A stretch of 64,000 bases of DNA from contig CASQXY010000004.1 of NCBI GenBank assembly GCA_949432885.1, positions 42,900-106,899 on the forward strand. The letters run 5' to 3'. Shown piece after piece: positions 43,714-53,800 of this stretch. Origin of the DNA: an uncultured bacterium (GTDB lineage Bacteria; Bacillota; Clostridia; Christensenellales; CAG-917). A program made the translations under genes and the position numbers. Within the stretch, counting starts at the first letter, position 1. Every line of letters begins with the position of its first letter. The notes beneath the pieces were generated by a model. The model was not told the DNA's origin, searched no databases, and worked only from the letters and a program-made list of their open reading frames with translations.

Positions 43714-46512
43714 ATGGCGACTGATTACAGACAGCTTGTAGAGAATAAGCGCCAGGCAATGGTGAATGCCTTGCTTGAAAGCATTGAAAAGAATCCGACA
43801 AAATGGGAGCGTGGTTGGTATGCGCTTGACGTTCCGTATAATGCAACCACGGGTAAAAACTACAACGGACTTAATTCGTTGTTTCTTGATGCCATATCGC
43901 AGTTGCGTGGATACAAGGACGAACGTTGGGTTACGTTCAATCAGGCGAAAGAGCTCGGAGCAAGTATCAAATCTGGTGAGAAATCAAGCGATGTCTTTTA
44001 CTGGTCTCAATATGATAAAAAGACAAAGAAGCCGTTTGATCCTGATACTATTGAGGAAATGACCGAAGAGGAGTGCAAGGAGTACATAAAAGAGAATGTA
44101 CGTCCAGTGCTTAAATTCTATCAAGTTTTTAATGCTGAACAATGCAAAGATTTTCCTGAAACCACAAGAAAAAATGCAAAGTCTGATGCAGAGATTGCAA
44201 AACAGAATATCCAGATTGAAACCATAATCAAGAACAGTAGTGCGCCCATCAGCTATGATGGCAAAGACCGTGCTTATTATTCGTCGAGCACAGATAGCAT
44301 TCATTTACTGCTGATAGAGTCTTTTAAGACGTCACAAGATTATTATGCGACTGCATTGCACGAAATTGCGCATTCTACGGGACATTCAAGCCGTCTAAAT
44401 CGAGATATGAATAATATATTCGGTTCAGAGGCTTATGCGATAGAGGAATTACGTGCGGAGCTTGCGAGTGTATTTATGCAATCAGAGCTCGGCATCGATT
44501 TAGGCAATGCTGAGATTGCAAACCACGGAGCTTATTTGAAATCTTGGCTCAAAGCAGTTAAAAAAGATGTCAATGTATTTTATCGCGCCGCTGCGGATGC
44601 AGGTAAAATTTCTACATATATAAACGATAACTATCTGAAAGTGTCCAAAGGAAGAACACAAGAAGAAAATCAATCTCAAAATACCGAAGTAAAAATCAAT
44701 ACGCCACGAGATTTGTATCGTCGATATCAAGAGATAAAAGAGCGTACGCCCAACGCGATATATTTTCAGCGTGTAGGCGACTTTTATGAGGTTATGGGCG
44801 ATGATGCGCAACCGATATCGGAAGAGCTTGGATTGACGCTTACAAGCCGTGATGTAGGGCTTTCAGAGCGTGTTCCGATGATTGGCGTACCGCAACACGC
44901 CGTTGAAATCTATATTGAAAAACTGCGTGACAAATACAATGTGCTCCTTGACGGGGAAAACGAAATTAAATCTATTAAACGTCGTATGACGGCAGAGGAG
45001 CAGGAAAAGCTCGTCATCGATACAATCGAGGGGAATACGCCTTCATCTCAAAAGACAGTTAATGCCGAATGGGTGGCGCTTGCAAGTACAGTGGAACTGT
45101 CGCGCGTGCTTGAAATAGCAAAGAAATACGGTTCTGATGTCAAAGACGGTGAACTGACTATTACAGAACAGATGAGAAAGGCAAAGAAAGAAGCCGACAG
45201 TTTACAACAAGCTCAACAAGTTGAGCAAGTTCGACAAGTCGGACAAGTTGAACTTGTTATGCCGATTGAAAGCAAGATGAAAGAATACGGCAAATCAACG
45301 ATGATAAAAATGCCGAAAGGCGGAGAGTATTCTTCATTTGTGTTTTTGACGCCGACAAGATTTTTGCAAGCTGATGAGCAATCAGTAAGGTTAGTAGTTC
45401 CGTCGAATTTTGAATTTACCTTATCGAATGACGGACGTGAGCTGTCGCTCACGGGCGAGGAATTGCGCACCGTATTAGAAGGAAAAGAAATTGGCAAGAG
45501 TGCGCACCGTGTTGCACCTTCCAAGCGCAACGTAGAGAGACTGTATGCCATTAGGAGCAACACGCCGTCAGAGATGAAAGAGATGCCGAACTGGTGCGTG
45601 TATCGCACGAAGTGGAATGCAGAGAAAGGTAAGAAGGACAAATTTGTTTTATCCGTCCACGACGGGAAGTGGGCAAAAATAAATGATCGCTCGACGTGGA
45701 CGGATTTTGAATCCGCCTATAAATATGCGCTTGAAAATAATTGCGAGGGCTTGTCTTTCGCCCTTGACGGTAGCGGGATATCTTGCATTGACCTGGATAA
45801 ATGTGTATCTGCCGATGGAGAGCTGAACGACGCGGCCAAGAAACTCGCGCCTGAGTTAGAAGGCACTTATATCGAAAAAAGCGCATCAGGTAACGGGCTA
45901 CATATTTTCATTAAAGACGATATTCTTTCCAAAGATACGTTTTCAAACCGTGCGACACTTCCAAGTGGGGCGGAAATCGAGGTTTATGATAAGGCCCGTT
46001 TTATATCGATGACTGGCGACTTGTTTGACAAGTCAAAACAGCCTGACTTATCCGACAAGTCTAACTTGTCAGACAAGTCGAACAAGTTAGGCAAGTGCCC
46101 AGTTCAAACAATGAGTTGGCTCCGCCTGGCATTGGGCGCGAAAAACAAAATTACCCCATCGCAGAGCTCATCAGAGCGACGTACAGCGGATATTCGCAAT
46201 CAGAGCGACAGCGAGGTATTAGAACGTATCCGCCGTTCGAGAAAGGGCGAACAGTTCGACACGTTATATAGCGGTGGCGATATTACGGGGGATAAGAGCA
46301 GAGATGATCTGGCGTTCTTAAATACTCTTGCCTTTTTTACTGACTGTAACGAGGATCAAATGCGCCGTATTTTTGAAGGCTCAGGACGTTTTCGCCCTGA
46401 GACGAAGAATCCCGCATACGTGCAGAGGTCTATACGCAAGGCCTGCGATAGCTTGACGGTGCGTTTCGGACAGAATAGCAAACCATCAACACCTGGCAAG
46501 GGCAAAAAATAA
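43714..46512 (+). CDS. Multidomain conjugation/replication protein: ArdC-N ssDNA-binding, zincin HExxH, MutS-domain-I-like, unknown, PrimPol and PriCT (932 aa)
   Basis: I placed the start at ATG 43714 (RBS gagg). The ArdC N-domain is WERGWY...TGKNYNGLNSLFL...RWVTFNQAKELGASIKSGEK. HEIAHSTGH lies at about 44359-44385. The MutS_I-like segment is TPRDLYRRYQEIKERTPNAIYFQRVGDFYEVMGDDA...VPMIGVPQHAVEIYIEKL (about 44701-44950). The PrimPol segment is WCVYR...GLSFALDGSGISCIDLDKC...GNGLHIF...EVYDKARFISMTG (about 45589-46020). The PriCT-like tail is SEVLERIRRSRKGEQFDTLYSGGD...DDLAFLNTLAFFT. Confidence 0.85.
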   Translation: MATDYRQLVENKRQAMVNALLESIEKNPTKWERGWYALDVPYNATTGKNYNGLNSLFLDAISQLRGYKDERWVTFNQAKELGASIKSGEKSSDVFYWSQYDKKTKKPFDPDTIEEMTEEECKEYIKENVRPVLKFYQVFNAEQCKDFPETTRKNAKSDAEIAKQNIQIETIIKNSSAPISYDGKDRAYYSSSTDSIHLLLIESFKTSQDYYATALHEIAHSTGHSSRLNRDMNNIFGSEAYAIEELRAELASVFMQSELGIDLGNAEIANHGAYLKSWLKAVKKDVNVFYRAAADAGKISTYINDNYLKVSKGRTQEENQSQNTEVKINTPRDLYRRYQEIKERTPNAIYFQRVGDFYEVMGDDAQPISEELGLTLTSRDVGLSERVPMIGVPQHAVEIYIEKLRDKYNVLLDGENEIKSIKRRMTAEEQEKLVIDTIEGNTPSSQKTVNAEWVALASTVELSRVLEIAKKYGSDVKDGELTITEQMRKAKKEADSLQQAQQVEQVRQVGQVELVMPIESKMKEYGKSTMIKMPKGGEYSSFVFLTPTRFLQADEQSVRLVVPSNFEFTLSNDGRELSLTGEELRTVLEGKEIGKSAHRVAPSKRNVERLYAIRSNTPSEMKEMPNWCVYRTKWNAEKGKKDKFVLSVHDGKWAKINDRSTWTDFESAYKYALENNCEGLSFALDGSGISCIDLDKCVSADGELNDAAKKLAPELEGTYIEKSASGNGLHIFIKDDILSKDTFSNRATLPSGAEIEVYDKARFISMTGDLFDKSKQPDLSDKSNLSDKSNKLGKCPVQTMSWLRLALGAKNKITPSQSSSERRTADIRNQSDSEVLERIRRSRKGEQFDTLYSGGDITGDKSRDDLAFLNTLAFFTDCNEDQMRRIFEGSGRFRPETKNPAYVQRSIRKACDSLTVRFGQNSKPSTPGKGKK
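45208..45256 (+). repeat. 9-nt-period CAAG/CTTG array 1 (6 units), inside the ArdC-PrimPol CDS, CAAG at codon position 1
   Basis: CAAG at 45208, 45217, 45226, 45235 and 45244, and CTTG at 45253. The array is translated as QQ-VEQ-VRQ-VGQ-VEL. Confidence 0.8.
46020..46095 (+). repeat. 9-nt-period CAAG/CTTG array 2 (9 units), inside the ArdC-PrimPol CDS, CAAG at codon position 3
   Basis: CTTG 46020, CAAG 46029, acag 46038, ctta 46047, CAAG 46056, CTTG 46065, CAAG 46074, 46083 and 46092. The array is translated as DKSKQPDLSDKSNLSDKSNKLGK. Confidence 0.8.
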
Positions 46513-46810
46513 AAGGATAGTTTGCGGAATCCATTTATTTTTTGCGGTTGAGAACCTAAATCAATTCAATCCGCGCAACAACCTCGCCAGGCGTTGCCAG
46601 GCGAGGGCAAAAAACAACGGATCGCCTTGGGCGCCCATTATTTTTTGCGACTGAGAACACAAGCAGGATAAGACGGTGTGCCACACAAGCCGAAAATCGA
46701 CTTTTAATACAAAGTATTACGTGGTGGCACACCTTGGAAGTTTAGGTGCACCAGTATGGCACACCTAAACTTGGACAAATCGGAAACCGATTTTCAGAGG
46801 CGCTACTGCG
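46513..46810 (+). promoter_or_regulatory. Candidate oriT / relaxosome assembly region upstream of the accessory and relaxase genes
   Basis: A 25-nt direct repeat occurs at 46531-46555 and 46634-46658 (ccatttattttttgcggttgagaac / cccattattttttgcgactgagaac). There is an inverted repeat cctcgcc...ggcgagg (46582-46606). The motif TGGCACAC occurs three times, one copy inverted (46675-46686, about 46726, about 46758). An 11-bp inverted repeat pairs aagtttaggtg (46738-46748) with cacctaaactt (46762-46772). Confidence 0.35.
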
Positions 46811-46821
46811 CCAGGAGGGAT

Positions 46822-47277
46822 ATGAAAACACAAGATAAGAAAAATAATTCGTTCCGCATTCGTGTGTATGATGACGACCTTCTGACGTCGATATATGAAC
46901 TTGCAGAGCTGAAAGAATTTGCTTCGATGAACGAGCTTATCTGTACCGCATTGAGTTTCGGCATTGAAAAAATGTATATCGAGCGCGGAAAACGTAAGGC
47001 GTTTACAGCAAAAGATGTGCAGGAGAGCGGGGACGTGAAACTAAACGAACTTATCAAGCGGAGCAAAGCTCAAACAACGACACTTGATGACGTATTTGTG
47101 ATGCTCAACGTAGTTGAAATGCTGATGTCTACGCTGTATAACGCCAAACTATTGGATCTAAAAGGCGAGAGCGTGAGCAGTGAAATGATAGAGAGCGGAT
47201 ATTTATCTGAGTTGCCAGAGAATATACGGCGAGTCAAAGATAGCCTGGTAAAACGCCTGGCTAAAAAGGAGAGCTAA
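46822..47277 (+). CDS. Putative ribbon-helix-helix relaxosome accessory protein (151 aa)
   Basis: I placed the start at ATG 46822 (RBS aggaggg). The N-terminal beta-strand-like SFRIRVYDDDLL is followed by helices. The gene sits immediately upstream of the relaxase with no gap. Confidence 0.5.
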   Translation: MKTQDKKNNSFRIRVYDDDLLTSIYELAELKEFASMNELICTALSFGIEKMYIERGKRKAFTAKDVQESGDVKLNELIKRSKAQTTTLDDVFVMLNVVEMLMSTLYNAKLLDLKGESVSSEMIESGYLSELPENIRRVKDSLVKRLAKKES

Positions 47278-48579
47278 ATGCCAAAAGCGTTATTTAATAT
47301 TGCCTATACATTGCCGAGTGCTCCCTCGTATTTGAAGGGGAATAAAAGGGCGGAGTATATGGCCCGTCGAAAGTTCTACAACTTGACGAGCTCGTATAAC
47401 TTTTTCTCATACGCATTAAACGGCGAAAAGGTAGTTAAAAATGCCAATGCAGAGCATTATTTTACGAGAGAGGGAGAAAATACGGGGTTGTTCAATCTGA
47501 ACGGCCAATTAAATGAGAATCAGATCCGAGAATTGAAATCGGAGTTGAAAAAGACGGAATCTATTATCTGGCACGGCTTTATCAGTTTTGATGCAGAACT
47601 CAATGAGGCATTTAGCACACAAGAAAATGCGGTTAAGTTTATGCGTCAAACGTTCGGCGCGTTTTTGGATCGTACACACTTGAAGCGCGATAATGTTGAG
47701 CTCTTCGCAGCATTGCACGAAGATACGGACAATAGGCATATCCATTTTGAATTTTTTGAAAAACAGCCTAAACGACGCGATAAAAGTGGAGAGCTTTGCT
47801 ATACAAAGAAGGGCAAAATCGATGCGCGAGCGATTGACAATTATCTGGTGAGCGCAAATATGCACTTGGATGAGCACGGCGAAGAATATTATACGGCTCG
47901 TAACAAGGCGATCGAGCAGTTGAATATTGCGCGAAAAGACGTAGCAGGCGGAATTATCCGCAATTCTACGCTTAATCGTGAACTTAATAATCTTATTCGT
48001 AGCTTGCCCGCAACAGGAAGATTGCAGTATGGCTCGGTAAATATGGCGGAATTGCGCCCTCAAATTGATTTAGTAGCAGATTTGCTTATCCAAACAGATC
48101 CAAAAACTCAAAAAGCGCAAGAGGAAATGATTTATCAACTGGCACGAGTAAAAGAGAACGTCGTTGAGCTCGTAAAGAATAATAAGCTCGCTTACGTTGA
48201 TAATCGCAGAATGAGCAAGGAAGAGATTGACAAGGCTATGGGCGACAAGCCTGGAATAGATATGCGCTACGTAGATTTGAACAATGTCGATTATTTTGAG
48301 CGCTTACAAGAAGACTACAAGACGCGTGTCGGCAACGTAGTATTAGGGCTTTGTAAAGACTTAAAGAAAGGCGACCTAAGAGATAGCAAGCGCAGATACG
48401 GTGTAAACGACAAGCATTGCAAGATAAATGCCAAAAATCGACGTCATAAGAGGGCGAACGCCATACGGGATATACAAAACTTACTGTTCGAGCTTTGCAA
48501 AGGAGAGCAGGCGAATTTCTTAAAGACAGTGCAACAAAATGAGAAAGAAAACGAATACGGGAGAGCATCAAACGGCTAA
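47278..48579 (+). CDS. Conjugative relaxase (histidine-triad motif HEDTDNRHIH), MobL/MOBP-like
   Basis: ALHEDTDNRHIHFEF matches the HxDxDNxHxH motif III of MOB relaxases. The N-terminal region is Tyr-rich. The gene lies between the accessory protein and the T4CP. Confidence 0.6.
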   Translation: MPKALFNIAYTLPSAPSYLKGNKRAEYMARRKFYNLTSSYNFFSYALNGEKVVKNANAEHYFTREGENTGLFNLNGQLNENQIRELKSELKKTESIIWHGFISFDAELNEAFSTQENAVKFMRQTFGAFLDRTHLKRDNVELFAALHEDTDNRHIHFEFFEKQPKRRDKSGELCYTKKGKIDARAIDNYLVSANMHLDEHGEEYYTARNKAIEQLNIARKDVAGGIIRNSTLNRELNNLIRSLPATGRLQYGSVNMAELRPQIDLVADLLIQTDPKTQKAQEEMIYQLARVKENVVELVKNNKLAYVDNRRMSKEEIDKAMGDKPGIDMRYVDLNNVDYFERLQEDYKTRVGNVVLGLCKDLKKGDLRDSKRRYGVNDKHCKINAKNRRHKRANAIRDIQNLLFELCKGEQANFLKTVQQNEKENEYGRASNG

Positions 48580-50831
48580 TGAATAAGTTGAGCAAGGGTA
48601 AAAAAATAATAATCACGATTGCAGTAATGATTGTCGGATCGATAATTGTTTTGTTTGCGCTTGCCTTTTTAGGTTCTATTATTTTCAAAAATTCGATACT
48701 CGATTTGCTGAAAAATTGGAGGTTATATGTCATTTGGCTTGTCTTAATAATAATCGGTGTCTGTGCACTTGTTTTTGATTTCCGCGTCAGAGGTAGTAAG
48801 CGTGTGTTAAAGGTCAATTCAGAACTTGAAGATTCGCATTTTATGACTAAATCTGAGATAGCCAAAAACGAGGGATATACAGTAACAAAATTAAGCGAGT
48901 TGCACAAAGTGTCGGACGGTGTTCCTATATTTGCCGAACAGAAAGGGAAGGACATTTATGTCGTTCTTAAAAATCCGCAACATACCGCTATCATAGGCGC
49001 AACGGGTACTGGTAAGACATCGGCGTTTATAGATCCGACGATAGAGATTTTATGCAGAACGAAGACAAAGCCATCTATGGTTGTGACGGATCCAAAAGGG
49101 GAGTTGTACACGCACCACGGAGAGAAGCTCAAAGAGCAGGGCTATAAAGTGAGCGTGATAGATTTAGCAGACGTGTACCACTCTACCAGGTGGAATCCGT
49201 TTAATGACATCTGGCGGAAGACAGAGCGCATTAAAAGTTGTGAGATAGTACAGCGCAAGGGGAAGTATATTTGCGACAAGCAAGTGTTTTTGACAATGAA
49301 TGCAGCCGAGGACGCGAAAAAATCTGTGCAGGCAAAGCTGAAAGATGAGATTTTTGTGGATTTGCAAGATCTGATTTATACGATGTGTCCTATTGAAAAT
49401 AAAAACGAAAGCAGTTGGGAAAAAGGAGCACGTGATTTAATCCTGGCACTTGCCGTAGCGTTTTGGGAAGACGTTTACGACGGATATATGCCGAGAGAAA
49501 AGTTTAATCTTTATAATTTATATCGTACGGTTAGCGATTATGCAAAAGGAGACTGCGATGAATTGAGGGCATATTTTGCTACGCGCTCACCTAACTCGAA
49601 GACACACGGACTATCCAATACGGTGCTTGTGGCCGAGGATAGAACGTTATCGTCCTATTTGACCGACGTATCGCAATACTTCACTTGGATGGCGGACACG
49701 GGAATTTCGGCGCTAACGAGCGGAAACGAAATTGAGTTTAATGATTTCGACGAAGTCCCGAACGTACTTTTTCTTAAAATTCCCGATGAAAAAGAAAACC
49801 GTCATAAGCTCGTAAGTTTGTTTATAACGCAAATGTATAAGGCACTTGTCGAAAAGGCTACGGACAATATGACGAGCGGTAAAACGGAGTCCCAGGAACT
49901 TTTACGCAATACATATTTCATTATGGACGAGTTCGGAAACTTGCCGACATTTCACCGTATGGACAGTATTGTTACTGTCGGTCGCTCTCGTAAAATTTGG
50001 CTTATGCCAGTGGTGCAAGACTTTAATCAGCTTGATAACAAGTACGGAAAAGAAGTAGCAGCGATTATTAGGAGTAACTGTAATACGCAGATATTTATAG
50101 GTACGAATGACGATAACACAAGAAAAGAGTTTTCCGATATGTGCGGTAAAAAGAAAGTCAAGCAGGTTAGTTACTCGGAGAATAACGATATGTCGGTCTC
50201 TACGTCTGCGCAGAGCGTTCCGCTCATTTATCCGAACGAGCTTGAACATCTCAATGATCCTGCTAATGGGGTAATGGGGAATGTGATAATAGCAACACTT
50301 GGTAATTATCCGATAAAGGCGAAATTCACGCCATTTTTCCAGGCGCAGGAAGTTTACGGTGCAACTCCTGCGACGCTTAAACCTGGTGATTTTATTGAGT
50401 TTGATGAGGATGCTGTTCATTACGACATTATGCGTTTTACGACGTATAAGAACGTTGAGGAGCAATTACTGACATTATCTAACGACACGCTTGATTCAGC
50501 GCTCGCTATACAAGACGAACAAGCTCGACAAGTCGGGCAAGTTCAACAAGCCGAGCAAGAAGCAAAAAGGAAGTTGGCTATCAAAATGCTTGCCGACGTG
50601 CAGAAACGGTTAGTGCAGTTAAAGGGCAAAATCCCTAATGAAATGTTTGAGCGTCTAAACGATAGCGATATCAAAAACAAATTGGTCATTCTCAATGATC
50701 TTGCCGATGACGCGGCCACGCAAGGTAATTTTATGTTGTCTGCGTTATGCGATCAGCTAAGGACATTTGTACTTCACAGGTGTTTTGTGCCTGAGCAAAT
50801 AGAAAAAGTCGATATGGAGTGTAAGAGGTGA
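48579..50831 (+). CDS. Type IV coupling protein (VirD4/TraG-like)
   Basis: Two N-terminal TM helices, Walker A IIGATGTGKTSAFIDP, TDPKGELY and Walker B YFIMDEFGNLP. The start overlaps the relaxase stop by 1 nt. Confidence 0.85.
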   Translation: MNKLSKGKKIIITIAVMIVGSIIVLFALAFLGSIIFKNSILDLLKNWRLYVIWLVLIIIGVCALVFDFRVRGSKRVLKVNSELEDSHFMTKSEIAKNEGYTVTKLSELHKVSDGVPIFAEQKGKDIYVVLKNPQHTAIIGATGTGKTSAFIDPTIEILCRTKTKPSMVVTDPKGELYTHHGEKLKEQGYKVSVIDLADVYHSTRWNPFNDIWRKTERIKSCEIVQRKGKYICDKQVFLTMNAAEDAKKSVQAKLKDEIFVDLQDLIYTMCPIENKNESSWEKGARDLILALAVAFWEDVYDGYMPREKFNLYNLYRTVSDYAKGDCDELRAYFATRSPNSKTHGLSNTVLVAEDRTLSSYLTDVSQYFTWMADTGISALTSGNEIEFNDFDEVPNVLFLKIPDEKENRHKLVSLFITQMYKALVEKATDNMTSGKTESQELLRNTYFIMDEFGNLPTFHRMDSIVTVGRSRKIWLMPVVQDFNQLDNKYGKEVAAIIRSNCNTQIFIGTNDDNTRKEFSDMCGKKKVKQVSYSENNDMSVSTSAQSVPLIYPNELEHLNDPANGVMGNVIIATLGNYPIKAKFTPFFQAQEVYGATPATLKPGDFIEFDEDAVHYDIMRFTTYKNVEEQLLTLSNDTLDSALAIQDEQARQVGQVQQAEQEAKRKLAIKMLADVQKRLVQLKGKIPNEMFERLNDSDIKNKLVILNDLADDAATQGNFMLSALCDQLRTFVLHRCFVPEQIEKVDMECKR
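50511..50559 (+). repeat. 9-nt-period CAAG array 3 (6 units), inside the T4CP CDS, CAAG at codon position 1
   Basis: CAAG at 50511, 50520, 50529, 50538, 50547 and 50556. The array is translated as QDEQARQVGQVQQAEQ. Confidence 0.8.
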
Positions 50832-50835
50832 GTAT

Positions 50836-53800
50836 ATGAAAAGAGCAATAAAGGACGCAGGAAAAGTTACAATACTAATTCTTTTTGTTGTGATGATTTT
50901 TCTTATAGTCTTTTCAACGAAACCAATAGAAATAGCGTATGCAGCGACAGTGATTACTACTGATTTGAAATTTGTTAGTGCATCAGTATATTGGTATCAA
51001 AATCAAAAGACAAGTAGTGGCGTTTATGGTGGAACTGACATTATACCAAGCATACCTTATGCCAGTTTAAGGTCTAATGGAACACTTAATTATCATAATG
51101 GGAAATATTATACGGACAACTCTTCTTTGACTGCATTTTATAATGGAATGAGTAATAATTGGAGAGGCTATTCAAATGGAGAGACTTCTGGTGCAAATTG
51201 GGGAAAAATTTCTATAAATTCAGAAAGCGCAGAAGCGGGGCAGTATTGTGCGGACAAAGTAGGTAATTATGGAAGTCAAGCTTTCGCAAATCTTGTAGGA
51301 AAAATTGAATTAAGCTGTGAGTTAAAAAATGGGCTTAATCAGATAACATTTAAGTTGCAACAAGGTTCGCATAAAGTATTTTGGATGAAGCAGGATACTG
51401 CGACAGGTGTGGTTGACGTCATATATGATTCTACATTTCCTGTAATTACAATAAATGGTATAACAAATGGCTATGCCATAAATAGTAATCTTAAAATTTC
51501 AGTATCAGATACATATTTAGATAAGATTACACTCGATGGGAATGTAATAAATAATAATTCTTCGGTAAGTAGATCGAGTTTAAGTGATGGTGTACACACT
51601 GTGGTTGCCGTTGATTATGCGGGCAACGTATCGGCACAGACTTTTACGGTTGATAATACCGCACCAACTATATCTAAAAGCATAACAAGCGATTATACGA
51701 ACAACACGTTTACCGTGACGACAAAAGATGAACATAGCACTGGGTTATTATATAAAACTCCTACTTCGACAGATTGGATAAGCGTTAATAATGATACTAT
51801 TACGATAAATAAGACTAACGGTGACGGATTATATCAGTTTAAGGGTGTTGATATAGTTGGTCTCACGAGTGAAGTTATTAGCATAACGCTTGATACCATA
51901 AGGCCCAGTCTGACTGGACAATCCGACGGAGCTTACACTAACAAGCCATTTACTATAAAAGCGGTAGATACTAATTTTGGTGAGCTTTACTATAAAAGAC
52001 CGAATGGAGAGTTCGCAAAAGCAGAAGGTTCGTCATACGCAATCGTGGCAGGTTCGGCCAATGGAATATATGAATTTTACTGCTTAGACAAGGCAGAAAA
52101 TCGCTTTCCCGAAAGTGGTTCGTTTAAGGTAAATTTCGATACTGTCGCGCCGACATTGACAGGAGTCACCAATGGAGCTTTTTATAAAGATAAAGTTGCG
52201 GTGAAATGGGATAAAAGTGTTCTATTTAATTCGAGCGATGCGGTGACGGCAAAATATTCTCTTTCAACGTCAGGTGCATTCCCGACAAGCTCTGCTACGG
52301 CGTTTGTCTCTGGAACGACGTTTAATGCTGAGGGGAATTATCGCGTCTCTTTTTGTGATAAAGCTGGGAATGAAAAAATTTACACTTTTAGCATTGATAA
52401 GCAAGCTCCTACGTTGACATTGGATGGAGCGAATAGTAAAAATTTTTCTAAAACGTCGATGAAGGCGACTTGGCTCAAAACAATTGGTGGCGTCAGCGCG
52501 CAGTTTATGAATTCCAACGATAGCATTACTGCCAAATATGCTGTTTCAAATTCGGGGACGTTTCCAAAAGTTGCAGATAAAAATTATTTGAGTGGCAGCG
52601 TGCTTACGCAAGAAGGCAATTATCTTATTGTTATCACGGACAAGGCAGGGAATGAAAGATCTTATCAATTCACAATCGATAAAACCGCGCCGACGCTTAG
52701 TTTGAGTGGGTTGGTATCTGGATTGTCTTATAACGGTTCAAAAAGCGGATTTTCGGCGAATTGGGTAACGACAGTAGGCGGAGTAATTTCGCAACGCGTA
52801 AACGACAACGACGTTATCACAGTTAAGTATAGCAGGAATTCGACTACAATTTTCCCGACTTCGGCAAATACGGTGTATACGAGAAATGCCGTTCTTGGTA
52901 ATGAAGGCTATTATCTTTTGCAAATCGCGGACAGCGCGGAGAATATGTCTGAATATCGTATTGTAGTAGATAAAACTGCTCCAACCGTTTCGAGAATATC
53001 AGAATATTTGAATTATGGATTTGATTTTGAAGCCACGGATCTACACAATGCCACCATACTTTATAAATTCAATGACGGACAACAACGTTCGGATAGGTCG
53101 GGCAAAGTAACTATTACGTGTGACAAAGCTAATTACGGCATTTGGGAGTTTTATGCGGAAGACGAGTTAGGAAACAGATCTGAGAAACAATCTATTCATC
53201 TGTTTTATCGTTCTGATTTCGGGAATTTAGAAAATGTAAAAAACGGATATAAAGTTCCAACTTGGTTTACTGTTGCATTGCCGAACAAAATATATACAGA
53301 TATAGCAGGTACATATTCATTTAGGACGCGTGAGGATGCGCTGAGCTTTGCCATTGCCAAAGAGTGGGAGTATCGCGTAGAAAAACTTGCAAATGGTTGG
53401 TCTTATGTCAACATTGGAAACGAGAGCGTGTCGCAGATTTACACGGATAAAACAGCACTTGATACCGCAGTACTGAAATATGCTACCGCGTATGTGTCTG
53501 AACGCAAGGAAATGCAACTCGGCAATAATACTTATCCAAATCCGACCGATAAAAACGGTCAAATTTGTGCCGACGCTCTCACACAACAGAGTTTATCTTA
53601 TCCAGGTATACTGTCCGCATACAAGGATTTACCGCTTTACTTAATACGTCACGACTTTATGTTCTCACAGCCCGAAGTAGGTGTTGCAGGAAACACAAGA
53701 AAAGTACAAATCAAATATTTGGCAAACGATTTTGCCGTAGCTGAAAGCGAATTGGTTGAACTTGCTTATAACCAAAAGTTTGATATGTTCGTCTCTGAGA

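Noticed and set aside
48216-48249. Additional CAAG occurrences in the relaxase gene, possibly a fifth 9-nt array
   Set aside because: The spacing is 15 nt, not 9, and the flanking bases do not match the CWWGTYNRA unit. I consider this chance occurrence.
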